Of a stretch of 64,000 bases of DNA, positions 36,550-47,900 are shown one piece after another; within the stretch, counting starts at the first letter, position 1; every line of letters begins with the position of its first letter. The notes below the pieces were generated by a model that saw nothing but the letters and a program-made list of their open reading frames with translations, searched no databases and was not told where the DNA came from. Origin of the DNA: an uncultured Gammaproteobacteria bacterium (GTDB lineage: Bacteria > Patescibacteriota > Microgenomatia > PFEM01 > JAPLYW01). The stretch spans positions 304,749 through 368,748 of the forward strand of contig OZ246397.1 of assembly GCA_965230945.1 (NCBI GenBank). Direction: 5' to 3'. Made by a program: the position numbers and the translations under genes.

Positions 36550-37977
36550 GTGGCTATGAACAAAAAGTTTTATATTACCACTGCTATTGATTATGTGAAT
36601 GACACCATTCATATCGGCCATATTTTTCAAAAATTAGTAGCCGATGTTTTGGCGCGCTATTTTCGTCAAAAATTAGGTAAAGAAAACGTTTTTTTTCTAA
36701 CAGGAACTGATGAATACGGGCAAAAAGCAGAAAAAGTAGCCCAACAATCTAAAATCTCAACTAAAGAATTTGTTGATAAAATCTCAAAATCAGATCAAAG
36801 GCAGCAAGATTCATTAAAAATTTCCTATGATAGATTTATCCGTACGACTGATAAAGACCATCAAAGAGTTGTCCAAGAAATTTGGAAGCGGGTCGAAAAA
36901 AATGGAGATATCTACCTGGGGGAATATACTGGTTTGTATTGTGAAGGCTGTGAAGCTTATTACACAGATAAGGATTTAATCGATTGTCACTGCCCGTTTC
37001 ATCCTGATCAGCAAATTAAAAAAGTCACCGAAAAAAATTATTTTTTCCGCTGGTCAAAATATAAAAATTTCTTGATTGATTATCTTCAAAACAATCCTCA
37101 TTTTGTCATCCCTGAAGTAAGAAAAAACGAACTTCTTGAATTTGCTAAAGATATCAAAGATATCCCTATCTCACGTGCTAATTTTAAGTGGGGCATCCCT
37201 GTTCCCAATAATCCTTCTCAAGTAATTTATGTCTGGTTTGATGCTCTCATTAATTACCTAACCGGCGTTGGCTTTCTTGAAAACAAAAGTCTATTTAAAA
37301 AATTCTGGCCGGCTGATATTCATATTTTGGGAAAAGATAATGCCCGCTGGCATGCGTTGCTTTGGCCAGCTATGCTCAAGTCTGCTGGGGTTAAAGAATT
37401 GCCCAAAACAATTCTTATTAATGGCTTTTTAACTCTAAACAACCAAAAAATCAGTAAGTCAGCTGGGAATATTATACGCCCAACTGATTGGGTAAAAAAA
37501 TATGGCAACGATGCTACCAGATATTATCTTTTAAGATATACCAGTATTATTAAAGACAGCGATGTCTCGGGAGATAAACTGCGCCAGGCCTATAATGCCG
37601 ATCTTGCTAATGGCCTAGGTAATCTTGCTGCCCGCATCGCTAAACTTTGCGAAAGGTCATCTTTTGAATTTAATAAATATCATGCAGTCATAACTGAAAG
37701 ATACAAAAAAGGTTTAGAAGAATTCAAATTTGATAAGGTTATTAAAACTATCTGGGAAGAAATTCGCAGTCTAGATCGTTATTTAGATAAAAAAGCTCCT
37801 TGGAAAATTAAAGAAAAAGAAGAATTAAAAACTGTCCTGCAGAAAGCTATTAATAGCCTCAGACAAATAGCCTATGACTTACAACCTTTTCTACCTGAAA
37901 CTTCAGATAAAATCCAAAAGCAATTCAAGGGTCCTAAAATTAAATCAGGTAAACCACTCTTTCCAAGGCTTAACTAA
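36550..37977 (+). CDS. metG: methionyl-tRNA synthetase, compact form without the C-terminal tRNA-binding extension
   Basis: HIGH motif 'TIHIGHIFQ', 'KISKS' (KMSKS), and a Zn-knuckle 'CEGCEAYY...CHCPFH'. Confidence 0.9.
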   Translation: MAMNKKFYITTAIDYVNDTIHIGHIFQKLVADVLARYFRQKLGKENVFFLTGTDEYGQKAEKVAQQSKISTKEFVDKISKSDQRQQDSLKISYDRFIRTTDKDHQRVVQEIWKRVEKNGDIYLGEYTGLYCEGCEAYYTDKDLIDCHCPFHPDQQIKKVTEKNYFFRWSKYKNFLIDYLQNNPHFVIPEVRKNELLEFAKDIKDIPISRANFKWGIPVPNNPSQVIYVWFDALINYLTGVGFLENKSLFKKFWPADIHILGKDNARWHALLWPAMLKSAGVKELPKTILINGFLTLNNQKISKSAGNIIRPTDWVKKYGNDATRYYLLRYTSIIKDSDVSGDKLRQAYNADLANGLGNLAARIAKLCERSSFEFNKYHAVITERYKKGLEEFKFDKVIKTIWEEIRSLDRYLDKKAPWKIKEKEELKTVLQKAINSLRQIAYDLQPFLPETSDKIQKQFKGPKIKSGKPLFPRLN

Positions 37978-38768
37978 TGTTAATTGATACCCACGCTCAC
38001 CTAGATTTCTCTCAATTTGATAATGACAGAGAGAAGATTATAAAAGAAACTAAAAGCTTAGGTATAAAAGTCATCAATGTTGGTTCTCATAGACAAGCTT
38101 GTCTAGATTCGGTCAATCTCGCTGAAAAACACAAAAATATCTATGCGGCTGTTGGCATTCATCCTCACGATACCGAAGATGTCAAAGATATAAATAAACT
38201 GATTGATTTCTTAGAAAAACTTAGCAGAGAACCTAAAGTGATCGCCATTGGTGAATGCGGCTTAGATTATCATCCTTTTGATCAAGGAAAATTTAGAAAA
38301 GATTTAAATTTAGATATTAAAAACAAACAAAAAGAAGTCTTTAAGGCTCAATTTGAATTAGCTCAGAAACTTAAACTTCCAATCATTATTCACAACCGCG
38401 ATTCTCACCAAGATCTTTTAAAGATTATTAAAGATTTCAAAGGTAGGGGTGTTATCCATTGCTTTTCTGGTGACAAAATCTTTTTAAAAAAGGTTTTAAA
38501 TCTAGGTTTTTATATTGGTTTTGACGGCAATATCACTTTTAAAAACGCCAAAAACCTACAAGAAATAGTTAAACTTACTCCTCTAGAAAAAATTTTAATA
38601 GAAACTGATTGTCCATTTTTAGCACCCGAACCTTTCCGTGGTTTGAGAAACGAACCTAAAAATGTTAAAATAGTGGCTGAATTTATTGGGGAATTAAAGC
38701 AGATCTCTTTCAGTAAGGTTGCCCAAACAACAACCCAAAATGCTAAAAATCTTTTTAAAATCAAATAA
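37977..38768 (+). CDS. tatD: TatD-family metal-dependent DNase/hydrolase
   Basis: 'LIDTHAHLDF', 'IGECGLDY', 'IHNRD'. 263 aa. Confidence 0.9.
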   Translation: MLIDTHAHLDFSQFDNDREKIIKETKSLGIKVINVGSHRQACLDSVNLAEKHKNIYAAVGIHPHDTEDVKDINKLIDFLEKLSREPKVIAIGECGLDYHPFDQGKFRKDLNLDIKNKQKEVFKAQFELAQKLKLPIIIHNRDSHQDLLKIIKDFKGRGVIHCFSGDKIFLKKVLNLGFYIGFDGNITFKNAKNLQEIVKLTPLEKILIETDCPFLAPEPFRGLRNEPKNVKIVAEFIGELKQISFSKVAQTTTQNAKNLFKIK

Positions 38769-40276
38769 TGAAGAAAGCTGAACAAATAAACTACAGAAAA
38801 CAAAGACTTTTGGAAATGCTGCCAGGAAGCATCACCTGGCTGGTCATTCTTTTCCCTATTTGGGGCGCTTTTTTCATTCCTCGAATTGTCGCTTACTTCA
38901 CCATTGCCTTTTTGGTCTTTTGGCTTTATCGTTCTTTCCAAAGCGGTATCTTAGGTATTAGAGGTTATATTAAAATTCGCCGCAGTGAACAAACTGACTG
39001 GAAAGAAAAGTATTTAAAAGAAAAAGATAAAAATTCTTTAAGCTGGAATCAAATAAAACATGTTGTCATCATTCCCAATCTCAATGAAACAATAGAAGTC
39101 ATCTCTAAAACCTTAAAAAACTTAAGTCAACAAAAAGATATTAATAAAAACCAGCTCATCGTTGTTTTAGCCATGGAAGGAAGAGCGGCTGATTCAGACC
39201 AGAGAGCCAAAGAATTACTGCAAAAGTTTAAAGATAAATTTGGCAAACTGGAAGCCATCATCCACCCAGATGGAATTATAGGTGAAGTTAAAGGCAAGGC
39301 TTCTAATGAAGCTTGGGCCGCCAAAAAAATCAAAAAGATAGTTGTTAATCAAGAAGGTTATGATATTAATAAAATCACCATCACCAGCTGTGATGCTGAT
39401 GCTCATATTCACCTTAAGTACTTCTCAACTCTGACTTATCAATTCGCCATCAATAAAAACCGTTACCTGCGTTTTTGGCAATCACCCATCTGTTGGCACA
39501 ATAATTTTTGGAAAGTTCCTGCCTTTGTCAGAATCATCGGTACTTTAAGCAATGTTGGCTATCTAGCCAACATTCAAGAACCAGACGGGTTGTTTTTTAA
39601 CTACTCAACCTACTCAACTTCACTAAAACTTCTCGACGAGGTTGGCTATTGGGATACTGATATTATTCCTGAAGATTGGCATATCTTTTTACAGTCCTTT
39701 TTCCATAAAAAAGGCCTTGTTGAAGTTGAACCTATTTTCTTACCCACAAGTATTGATGCTCCAGAGGGTAAAACTCATTTTGCCGCCTTAAAAAACCGCT
39801 ATGAACAATGCAAGCGACACGCTTGGGGAGCAACAGACATCCCTTACGCCATCAACAAAGCCATGCGACACAAAGAAATTCCTTTTTTAATTAGATTTTT
39901 TCGTGTCTACAAGGTTATTGAAAGCCACATCCTCTGGGCCACCAACTGGTTTTTATTAACCTTAGGTGCCTGGGTACCAGCTTTAATCAACCCCTTCTTT
40001 AAGCAAACTGCTCTTGGTTACAACCTACCTAAAGTAGCCCAGTGGGTCTTAAATATCTGTCTCCTGTTTTTGATTATCATGATTGTCGTCGATCGAGCCA
40101 TGCGTCCCAAGCCACCCAAGAAAGAAGTTCGTCGCGGATTTGGCTTTTTGGAAATTATCCAATGGCTTTTAATGCCTATTGCCGCTCTATTTATGGCTGT
40201 CCTCCCTGCTATTGATTCTCAAACCAGATTAATGCTTGGTAAAAGATTAGAATACCACGTCACTAAAAAGATCTAA
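38768..40276 (+). CDS. membrane-embedded GT2-family glycosyltransferase
   Basis: N-terminal TMs, a GT-A core 'VVIIPNLNETIEV...ITSCDADAH', then a C-terminal TM bundle. Confidence 0.7.
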   Translation: MKKAEQINYRKQRLLEMLPGSITWLVILFPIWGAFFIPRIVAYFTIAFLVFWLYRSFQSGILGIRGYIKIRRSEQTDWKEKYLKEKDKNSLSWNQIKHVVIIPNLNETIEVISKTLKNLSQQKDINKNQLIVVLAMEGRAADSDQRAKELLQKFKDKFGKLEAIIHPDGIIGEVKGKASNEAWAAKKIKKIVVNQEGYDINKITITSCDADAHIHLKYFSTLTYQFAINKNRYLRFWQSPICWHNNFWKVPAFVRIIGTLSNVGYLANIQEPDGLFFNYSTYSTSLKLLDEVGYWDTDIIPEDWHIFLQSFFHKKGLVEVEPIFLPTSIDAPEGKTHFAALKNRYEQCKRHAWGATDIPYAINKAMRHKEIPFLIRFFRVYKVIESHILWATNWFLLTLGAWVPALINPFFKQTALGYNLPKVAQWVLNICLLFLIIMIVVDRAMRPKPPKKEVRRGFGFLEIIQWLLMPIAALFMAVLPAIDSQTRLMLGKRLEYHVTKKI

Positions 40277-40340
40277 GTTACATTTCTTAATTCTTTTTGA
40301 GGGGTTCTTAATTTGCTATACTATTTGCTATACTTGAAAT

Positions 40341-41627
40341 ATGAATCAGTTTACCACCAGCCTCTGGGGGGACGAGGCTTGGGCTGCTACTTTAGCCGTT
40401 AAACCCATTTCCCAAATTATAAAAATTGTTGCCACGGATACTTCTCCGCCTTTTTACTACCTTCTCCTTCATGGATGGATGAAAATCTTTGGGTCTTCAG
40501 AGATAGCCATAAGGAGTCTTTCCTTTTTGTTCTTTCTTGGCACAGTACTGACTGTCTATCTCATTGCCCGATATCTCTGGGGGAGAAAAACTGGTATTTT
40601 AGCTGCCCTTTTGGCCTTTACTAATCCTTTTCTCTTTACTTACGCTTTTGAGGGAAGAATGTATTCACTTTTAGTCCTAACCTCTACCTTATCCATCTAC
40701 TTTTTCTTAAAGAAAAATCGGCTTGGATTTATTTTAGCAACCGCCGCTGCCTTGTATACCCATCATTTCTCTCTCTTCATCGTTATTTTTGAGGGGCTCT
40801 GGGTAATTAAAGAAAATCGGGGAAAGAATTTTAAACAAATTATAAAAAACCTTTCAGATTTTTTTATTATTGGTCTTTTATATCTCCCCTGGTTTTATCC
40901 CCTTTACTACCAAACATCACTAGTTGGCAGTGGTTTTTGGTTGGGCAAGCCGACTTTTGAGGTATTCAAAGACACCATTCACAACTTTTTAGTAGGTTCC
41001 GGGAAAGAGATTTCTCGTCAATTAGCCTACTGGATAATATTTGCCGTCTTACTTTTACGAAAGTGGACTAAGGAAAAAGAAAAATGGGTCTTCCTTTTAG
41101 GCTGGTTTTTTACTCCCCTAATTTTAACTTTTATCATTTCTCGATTTTTTCAACCAATCTTTTACGACCGCTATATGTTAATGGCTATTCCAGCAGCTTC
41201 AGTTTTAATCGCCTCCAATAGAAGAAAACTTTCTTTTATCTTTATCTTTATGGTTATCTTTTTTTTAGCAACAGTTAATCACGCTTACTTTTTCCATCCC
41301 GTCAAAAGGCCGTTTAGGGAACTCGCGGTCTTCATTAAAAAAGAGGCAAGAGAAATACCACTTGTTAACTATAACGCTGCTGCTCATCATCTTTGGGAAT
41401 CAAAATATTATGACCTTCAGGCACCAATCTATTCCCCCCAACCACTTCCTTTCTATACGGGAACAGCCTTAATGGAGGAAGGCGATATAATTAAAAAAAT
41501 ACCGGATGTAAAAGAAATCGGAGTGATAACCAGCGCCCCAATTGAAGAAACAAACATCCCTGGCTATCATCTGATGAAAGCCCAAAAATTTGGCCAGCTC
41601 TCATTTATGTGGATGGGAAAAGATTAA
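40341..41627 (+). CDS. GT-C fold glycosyltransferase (GT39/ArnT-like)
   Basis: 'SLWGDEAWAATLA...SPPFYYLLLHGWMKIFG' N-terminal loop. Polytopic. Confidence 0.7.
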   Translation: MNQFTTSLWGDEAWAATLAVKPISQIIKIVATDTSPPFYYLLLHGWMKIFGSSEIAIRSLSFLFFLGTVLTVYLIARYLWGRKTGILAALLAFTNPFLFTYAFEGRMYSLLVLTSTLSIYFFLKKNRLGFILATAAALYTHHFSLFIVIFEGLWVIKENRGKNFKQIIKNLSDFFIIGLLYLPWFYPLYYQTSLVGSGFWLGKPTFEVFKDTIHNFLVGSGKEISRQLAYWIIFAVLLLRKWTKEKEKWVFLLGWFFTPLILTFIISRFFQPIFYDRYMLMAIPAASVLIASNRRKLSFIFIFMVIFFLATVNHAYFFHPVKRPFRELAVFIKKEAREIPLVNYNAAAHHLWESKYYDLQAPIYSPQPLPFYTGTALMEEGDIIKKIPDVKEIGVITSAPIEETNIPGYHLMKAQKFGQLSFMWMGKD

Positions 41628-43116
41628 AATGAAAAAATTATTTTCTTCACACTGGGTTTTTTTATTATTAGGGTTCGTCTTTCTTCTGCGTCTTCCTTTA
41701 CTATTCGAGCCCTTTACTTACGCTGATGAAGGCATTTATTTAACTTTAGGTCAGGCGGTAAGAAAAGGTTTAGTTCTTTATCGAGATATTCATGATAATA
41801 AGCCACCTATGCTCTATTTAACAGCCGCTATTACCGGTAGTTTTCCTGTTTACCGAGCAATCCATTTTCTTTGGAGCTTTGCTACGATATTTATTTTTTA
41901 TAAACTAAGCCAAATTGTATTTCTAAAAAACAGGAAGGCGGTTATCATCTCCACTAGTACCTTCGCCATCCTTACCAGCCTTCATACTTTCGAGGGAAAT
42001 ATTGCCAATGCGGAAAATTTTATGCTCCTTCCGACTCTCATAGCTTTCTTTCTTATTTTTAAGTTTATTAACAAACCAGCGAGCAATCAAAAATTCCTCA
42101 AATGTTGGTTCTTGATAGGCATCCTTCTTTCTCTGGCAGTTCTTTTTAAGGTACCGGCTATCTTCGACTTTTTCGCTGCTTTGATCTTTATTTTTCTAAT
42201 TTTCCTTGATCAAAAACAAAAAAACTATTTATTATTCCCATCATTACTCATCGGCTTTCTTCTACCCATTTTAATCACTGCTCTCTATTTTGCTTACAAA
42301 AACGCTTTAAGTCAGTATCTTACGGCTGCTTTTCTTCAAAATCTTCCCTATCTTTCTTCTTGGGGAGGAGGTAGTCCAAAAATAGGAGAACTGCCAATAC
42401 TACTTTTAAGCCGGGTAGCTATGGTTTTTTTGCTTATTATCTTTCTTTTTATTTTCCGAAAAAAAATTTGCTTAAATATTAAATTTATTCTTCTCTGGTT
42501 TTCCTTTTCTCTTTTTGCCGCTCTTTTATCTTCACGTCCTTATCCTCATTATTTAATTCAAGTCCTTCCTTCTTTTTCCTTGGCTTTTGGTTTTTGGACC
42601 CTGACTAAAGCAAAAACCTTGCTTAAGCTCATCCCCACTTCTTTAACATTGATCTTTATTTTGACTTTTGCAAGTTTTCGCTTTTGGTACTACCCCAACC
42701 TTCCCTATCTAGCCAACTTTTACCAGTTCGCAGTTGGAATAAAATCTCGCCAAGATTACCTCAATTATTTCGGTGGCCAAACAAAAAGCCTTTATGAAAC
42801 GGCTAGTTTTATTAAAAACCATACCGATAAAAAAGAAAAAATCTTTATCTGGGGAACCCAACCATCTCTTTACAGCTTAACTAATCGCTTGCCTGTAGGC
42901 CGCTATACCGTCGCCTATCATATCATCGACTTTGACGGTTATAGGGAAACGATGCTAGCTTTGACAAACAAACCACCGCGCTGGATCATTGTTACCCCTG
43001 ATGAGAAAAAATCATTCCCACAACTAGAAAATTTATTAGACTATGACTACACTCTCTATAAAAAGATCGGTGAGAATAAAATCTTCTATCGTATCCCAAA
43101 GATCTCCCGATTATGA
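41590..43116 (+). CDS. GT-C fold glycosyltransferase (PMT_2/ArnT-like). The likely start is the Met at about 41629.
   Basis: 'YADEGIYLTLGQAVRKGLVLYRDIHDNKPPMLY' is the typical PMT_2 N-terminal loop. Confidence 0.7.
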   Translation: MASSHLCGWEKIKMKKLFSSHWVFLLLGFVFLLRLPLLFEPFTYADEGIYLTLGQAVRKGLVLYRDIHDNKPPMLYLTAAITGSFPVYRAIHFLWSFATIFIFYKLSQIVFLKNRKAVIISTSTFAILTSLHTFEGNIANAENFMLLPTLIAFFLIFKFINKPASNQKFLKCWFLIGILLSLAVLFKVPAIFDFFAALIFIFLIFLDQKQKNYLLFPSLLIGFLLPILITALYFAYKNALSQYLTAAFLQNLPYLSSWGGGSPKIGELPILLLSRVAMVFLLIIFLFIFRKKICLNIKFILLWFSFSLFAALLSSRPYPHYLIQVLPSFSLAFGFWTLTKAKTLLKLIPTSLTLIFILTFASFRFWYYPNLPYLANFYQFAVGIKSRQDYLNYFGGQTKSLYETASFIKNHTDKKEKIFIWGTQPSLYSLTNRLPVGRYTVAYHIIDFDGYRETMLALTNKPPRWIIVTPDEKKSFPQLENLLDYDYTLYKKIGENKIFYRIPKISRL

Positions 43117-43128
43117 TAGAATAGTTAC

Positions 43129-43500
43129 GTGCGCGCCCCAATTATCAAAACATTAAGATTAATCCCCTCAACGGAAAACAAGAGCTTAAGAAAGTTTCTA
43201 AAACTGGCTTTTATCATTATCCTCGCTGAAATCTTAATCATCCTTTTTTCTTTATCCTTCCTGCCGCCTCAAGTCCCTCTTTTTTATTCCCGTCCTTGGG
43301 GTGGAGAACAACTGGTTCATCCTTTGTATCTTTTCATCATTCCTTTGGCAAACCTCCTCGTTCTTATCCTCAATTCAGTCTTAATTTCCTTTATCCCTAA
43401 AAAAGATAGTCTCATTAGGCAAATCCTGACCATCGGCGTTTTGATTTTCAATTCTTTATCATTAATTACCTTAATACAAATTATTAGATTGGTTATTTGA
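43129..43500 (+). CDS. small membrane protein, hypothetical
   Basis: 123 aa, hydrophobic. 4-bp overlap with the next gene. Confidence 0.4.
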   Translation: MRAPIIKTLRLIPSTENKSLRKFLKLAFIIILAEILIILFSLSFLPPQVPLFYSRPWGGEQLVHPLYLFIIPLANLLVLILNSVLISFIPKKDSLIRQILTIGVLIFNSLSLITLIQIIRLVI

Positions 43501-44567
43501 TGGATTTTCTTACTAAAAACTTAATCATCTATCCTTTAGCTGTCGCTTTTTTTATTTCCTTAATATTTACTCCCTTAACCATCAAATTGGCCTGGAAATT
43601 GGGCTTAATTGATGACCCTCAAAAAAGAAAACACCCGGCCAAATTACATAAAAAAGCCATTCCTAGAGCTGGCGTTATTCCTATTTGGGTAGCTCTTATC
43701 ATCACTAGTCTCATTTTTCTGCCTCCTGACAGATACCTTTTAGGCATCTTAGGCGGAGCTAGTCTTTTACTTATCTTAGGCATTCTTGACGATAAATATG
43801 ATCTTAATCCTTATTTAAGATTAATTGGCTGCCTTTTAGCTGCCAGCTTGGCTGTTTTTTCCGGAGTTAAAATCTTTTTCATTACCAATCCTTTAGGCGG
43901 TGATATTATTCACTTTGTTCAACCCATGGCTATCATTTTGGCTATCTTATGGATCAGCTTTTTGGCCAACATCACCAACTGGTCGTCTGGCTTTGACGGC
44001 CAATTACCGGGCATTGTCGTCATTGCCGCTTTAACAATTGGCTTTCTAAGTTTCCGTTTTTCCGCTGATATTACTCAATGGCCAGTAACTATTCTTGCTG
44101 CCATCACCGCCGGGGCCTTTTTAGGCTTTTTACCTTACAACTTCTTCCCGCAAAAAATCATGCCTGGCTATGGCGGTGGCACCTTAGCTGGATTTATGCT
44201 GGCCACCTTAGCTATTCTTTCGACCACCAAAATCGGTACTTTGCTTGTCGTTTTAGGTATTCCTTTCATTGATGCCTTGTATTCCATCACCAGAAGAACT
44301 ATAACTGGCCGTTCACCAGTATGGGGCGATCGCGGTCATCTTCATCATAAGCTTTTAGACGAATGGCATTGGGGGAAAAGAAAAACCGCCCTTTTTTATT
44401 GGCTCATTACCGCCTTGCTGGGTATTTTAGCTTTAAATTTGCGAAGTATCCAGAAATTCTATACAATCGTTATGTTAGTAGTCATTATTGGTAGTTTGCT
44501 TTTATGGTTCAATTTTTTCTCAACCTATTTAAATCGACCAGGCCGAGACAAACCCTCAAAAACCTAA
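43497..44567 (+). CDS. GT4-family polyprenyl-phosphate sugar-1-phosphate transferase (MraY/WecA-like)
   Basis: 'LGILDDKYDLNP', 'ITNWSSGFDGQLPGI', 'NFFPQKIMPGYGGGTLAGF'. About 10 TMs. Confidence 0.8.
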   Translation: MMDFLTKNLIIYPLAVAFFISLIFTPLTIKLAWKLGLIDDPQKRKHPAKLHKKAIPRAGVIPIWVALIITSLIFLPPDRYLLGILGGASLLLILGILDDKYDLNPYLRLIGCLLAASLAVFSGVKIFFITNPLGGDIIHFVQPMAIILAILWISFLANITNWSSGFDGQLPGIVVIAALTIGFLSFRFSADITQWPVTILAAITAGAFLGFLPYNFFPQKIMPGYGGGTLAGFMLATLAILSTTKIGTLLVVLGIPFIDALYSITRRTITGRSPVWGDRGHLHHKLLDEWHWGKRKTALFYWLITALLGILALNLRSIQKFYTIVMLVVIIGSLLLWFNFFSTYLNRPGRDKPSKT

Positions 44568-45445
44568 GTATTTTTGCCCCTTTGGTCTTCTCAGGCAGTC
44601 TTTTTATAGCTAAAAGCTTTTGGATTACAGCTTTGGCTGTTTTCATCTTCACCATCATGACCTCCTCTATTTACCTGATCAACGACATTATTGATTTACC
44701 TAAAGATCGTCTTCATCCTATTAAAAAGAAAAGGCCTATTGCCTCAGGTAAATTGCCTATCCCCGTCGCTTTGTTTATTGCCATTTTTGGTGTCTTCCTT
44801 TCTTTATCTCTATCTTTTTCACTAGGTTTTTTCTTCTTTTTAACCTTACTTATCTATTTTATTTTGCAAATCAGCTATACCTTTTGGCTAAAAAACATCA
44901 TTGTCTTAGATATTCTCATCATTGCCAGTGGTTTTATTCTCAGAGTTTATGCCGGTGCTTTTGCCATTAACGTCCATATGAACGTTTGGTTTTTGCTTTG
45001 TGTCATCTCCCTTTCTTTATTTCTAGCTGCTGGTAAAAGAAGAGCCGAATTGGCGGTGTTGCAAAAAAGAGCCCCTAATCATCGCCGTACACTAACTTTC
45101 TACACCAACGATCTCTTAGATGCTTATCTGGCCATGTTTGCCAACGGAACTTGGCTGGTTTACGCCCTGTTTACCTTTTTTGCCCCTCAGCCAATTATCA
45201 TTAAAAAAACTTCACTCATATTACTCAACCTCCCCTTAACCTTAGCCGGCATCAACAAGTGGTTGATGATTACCATCCCTTTTGTTATTTATGGCATTAT
45301 GAGATATATGAATATCGTTTATCAGGGCCAAAAAGCCGAATCTCCAGAAAAGGTACTTCTCTCAGATAAACCTCTTTTGATTACGGTTGTCTTGTGGGGA
45401 ATCTTGGTCGTTACCATCCTTTATGGTATTAACCCTGGTCTCTAA
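44504..45445 (+). CDS. UbiA-family prenyltransferase, decaprenyl-phosphate 5-phosphoribosyltransferase (DPPR synthase)-like
   Basis: 'RPRQTLKNLSIFAPLVFSG' N-terminus and 'NDIIDLPKDRLHP' Asp-rich motif. Confidence 0.7.
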   Translation: MVQFFLNLFKSTRPRQTLKNLSIFAPLVFSGSLFIAKSFWITALAVFIFTIMTSSIYLINDIIDLPKDRLHPIKKKRPIASGKLPIPVALFIAIFGVFLSLSLSFSLGFFFFLTLLIYFILQISYTFWLKNIIVLDILIIASGFILRVYAGAFAINVHMNVWFLLCVISLSLFLAAGKRRAELAVLQKRAPNHRRTLTFYTNDLLDAYLAMFANGTWLVYALFTFFAPQPIIIKKTSLILLNLPLTLAGINKWLMITIPFVIYGIMRYMNIVYQGQKAESPEKVLLSDKPLLITVVLWGILVVTILYGINPGL

Positions 45446-45465
45446 ACAAAAAAGCAAGAAAGGAG

Positions 45466-45813
45466 GTGAAAAAAATGAACTGGAAAAAAGCTATTGGCTT
45501 TGGTGTTATCCTTTGGGTTTTGATGTTTACCATTGTTTCCTTCTTTATTGCCTTTAATATTTACAGGTTTGCCTGGATGCAAGTCGTAACAGCTATCATC
45601 AGCGGAGTTATCGCTTTTGTCTTAGCTGGTTATGTTAAACCCAAAAAGATCGTTAGTGCTTTAAATTATGGTCTAGTCTGGGTAGCCGTTGGATTAATCT
45701 TAGATGCCATCGTAACCATGAAGTTTAACGCCGCCATCTTTGCCTCTTGGCCTTTGTGGTTAGGCTATGCCTTAGTTCTTGTTGCCCCAATAATAAGGGT
45801 TAAAAAGAAGTAA
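45466..45813 (+). CDS. small 4-TM membrane protein, possibly a GtrA-like flippase subunit
   Basis: 115 aa with four hydrophobic helices. Located at the end of the glycan cluster. Confidence 0.4.
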   Translation: MKKMNWKKAIGFGVILWVLMFTIVSFFIAFNIYRFAWMQVVTAIISGVIAFVLAGYVKPKKIVSALNYGLVWVAVGLILDAIVTMKFNAAIFASWPLWLGYALVLVAPIIRVKKK

Positions 45814-45814
45814 A

Positions 45815-46903
45815 CTAGGTGCCGAACTTAAATTCAACCACCTCGCCATCAACCAGAGGGTAATCTTTCCCCATTGTTTTAACTTTCCCTAACCTGCGCG
45901 CTTCATCCCAACCTCCACACTTAACAAAATCTTCAAAAGAAATAATATCTGCTTTTATAAAATTCTTTTCAAAATCAGTATGAATCACCCCAGCCGCCTG
46001 AGAAGCTAAAGTGTCTCTTTTAATCGTCCAGGCACGTACTTCTTTACCACCTGTGGTAGTGAAAAAAGAAATCAAATCCAATAATTGATAGCTTTTTTTG
46101 ATTAAACGATTTAATCCCGTATCTTCCAACCTATATTGCTTAAGATAATCTTTCTGTTCTTGCTCATCCAAGGCTAAAATTTCGTTTTCTAACTTAGCAC
46201 AAAAAACTAAAAAATTACCCCCACCAACAATTTTCTCAGCCTCCTTTTTTACCTTATCCAAATTCTCAAGCTGCTTTTCAGAAATATTAAAAACATAAAG
46301 CACGGGTTTTAAAGTCAATAAATTCAAAGAGGCGATAAAATTTTTTTCCTCATTAGATAAACCAGCATCTGAAGCCAAAACTCCGTCATTTAACTTCTGC
46401 TTTAGCTTTTTAACAACTTCAAACCTTAATTTTTCCTCTTTACCTGTTTCTAACCTTGGCTCCTTTTGCTTTTCCAAAGCAGCCAAGTCAGCTAAAAGAA
46501 GTTCTGATTCAACCGTTTTTATATCTGACAACGGATTAATCTCACCTATATGAGCTACATTTTCATCTTCAAACATACGCACTAAATGAACAATAGCCGC
46601 CGCCTCTCTGATATGAGATAAAAACTGATTGCCCAAGCCTTCTCCTTTAGAAGCACCCTTTACTAAGCCAGCAATATCATAAAATTCAACGACAGCAGGA
46701 ACTATTTTTTCAATACCTGTAACCTTAGATAAACTACTCAATCTTTCGTCTGGAACTTCAACCACACCTACATTAGATTCAATAGTACAAAAGGGGTAGC
46801 TAGCAACATCAGCCACCTGCTTTTTTAAGAGAGCATTAAACAAAGTAGACTTACCTACATTAGGCAAACCAACAATTCCAATAGAAAGCTTCATAAGAAC
46901 CAA
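45815..46903 (-). CDS. ychF: ribosome-binding ATPase YchF/Ola1
   Basis: 'IGIVGLPNVGKSTLFNAL' and a C-terminal TGS domain. Confidence 0.9.
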   Translation of the reverse strand: MVLMKLSIGIVGLPNVGKSTLFNALLKKQVADVASYPFCTIESNVGVVEVPDERLSSLSKVTGIEKIVPAVVEFYDIAGLVKGASKGEGLGNQFLSHIREAAAIVHLVRMFEDENVAHIGEINPLSDIKTVESELLLADLAALEKQKEPRLETGKEEKLRFEVVKKLKQKLNDGVLASDAGLSNEEKNFIASLNLLTLKPVLYVFNISEKQLENLDKVKKEAEKIVGGGNFLVFCAKLENEILALDEQEQKDYLKQYRLEDTGLNRLIKKSYQLLDLISFFTTTGGKEVRAWTIKRDTLASQAAGVIHTDFEKNFIKADIISFEDFVKCGGWDEARRLGKVKTMGKDYPLVDGEVVEFKFGT

Positions 46904-46931
46904 TTATAGCATCAAAGAAGAATTTAAGAAG

Positions 46932-47873
<942 letters not shown>

Positions 47874-47900
47874 GAAAATGGTAGAATAAACCTACACTAG

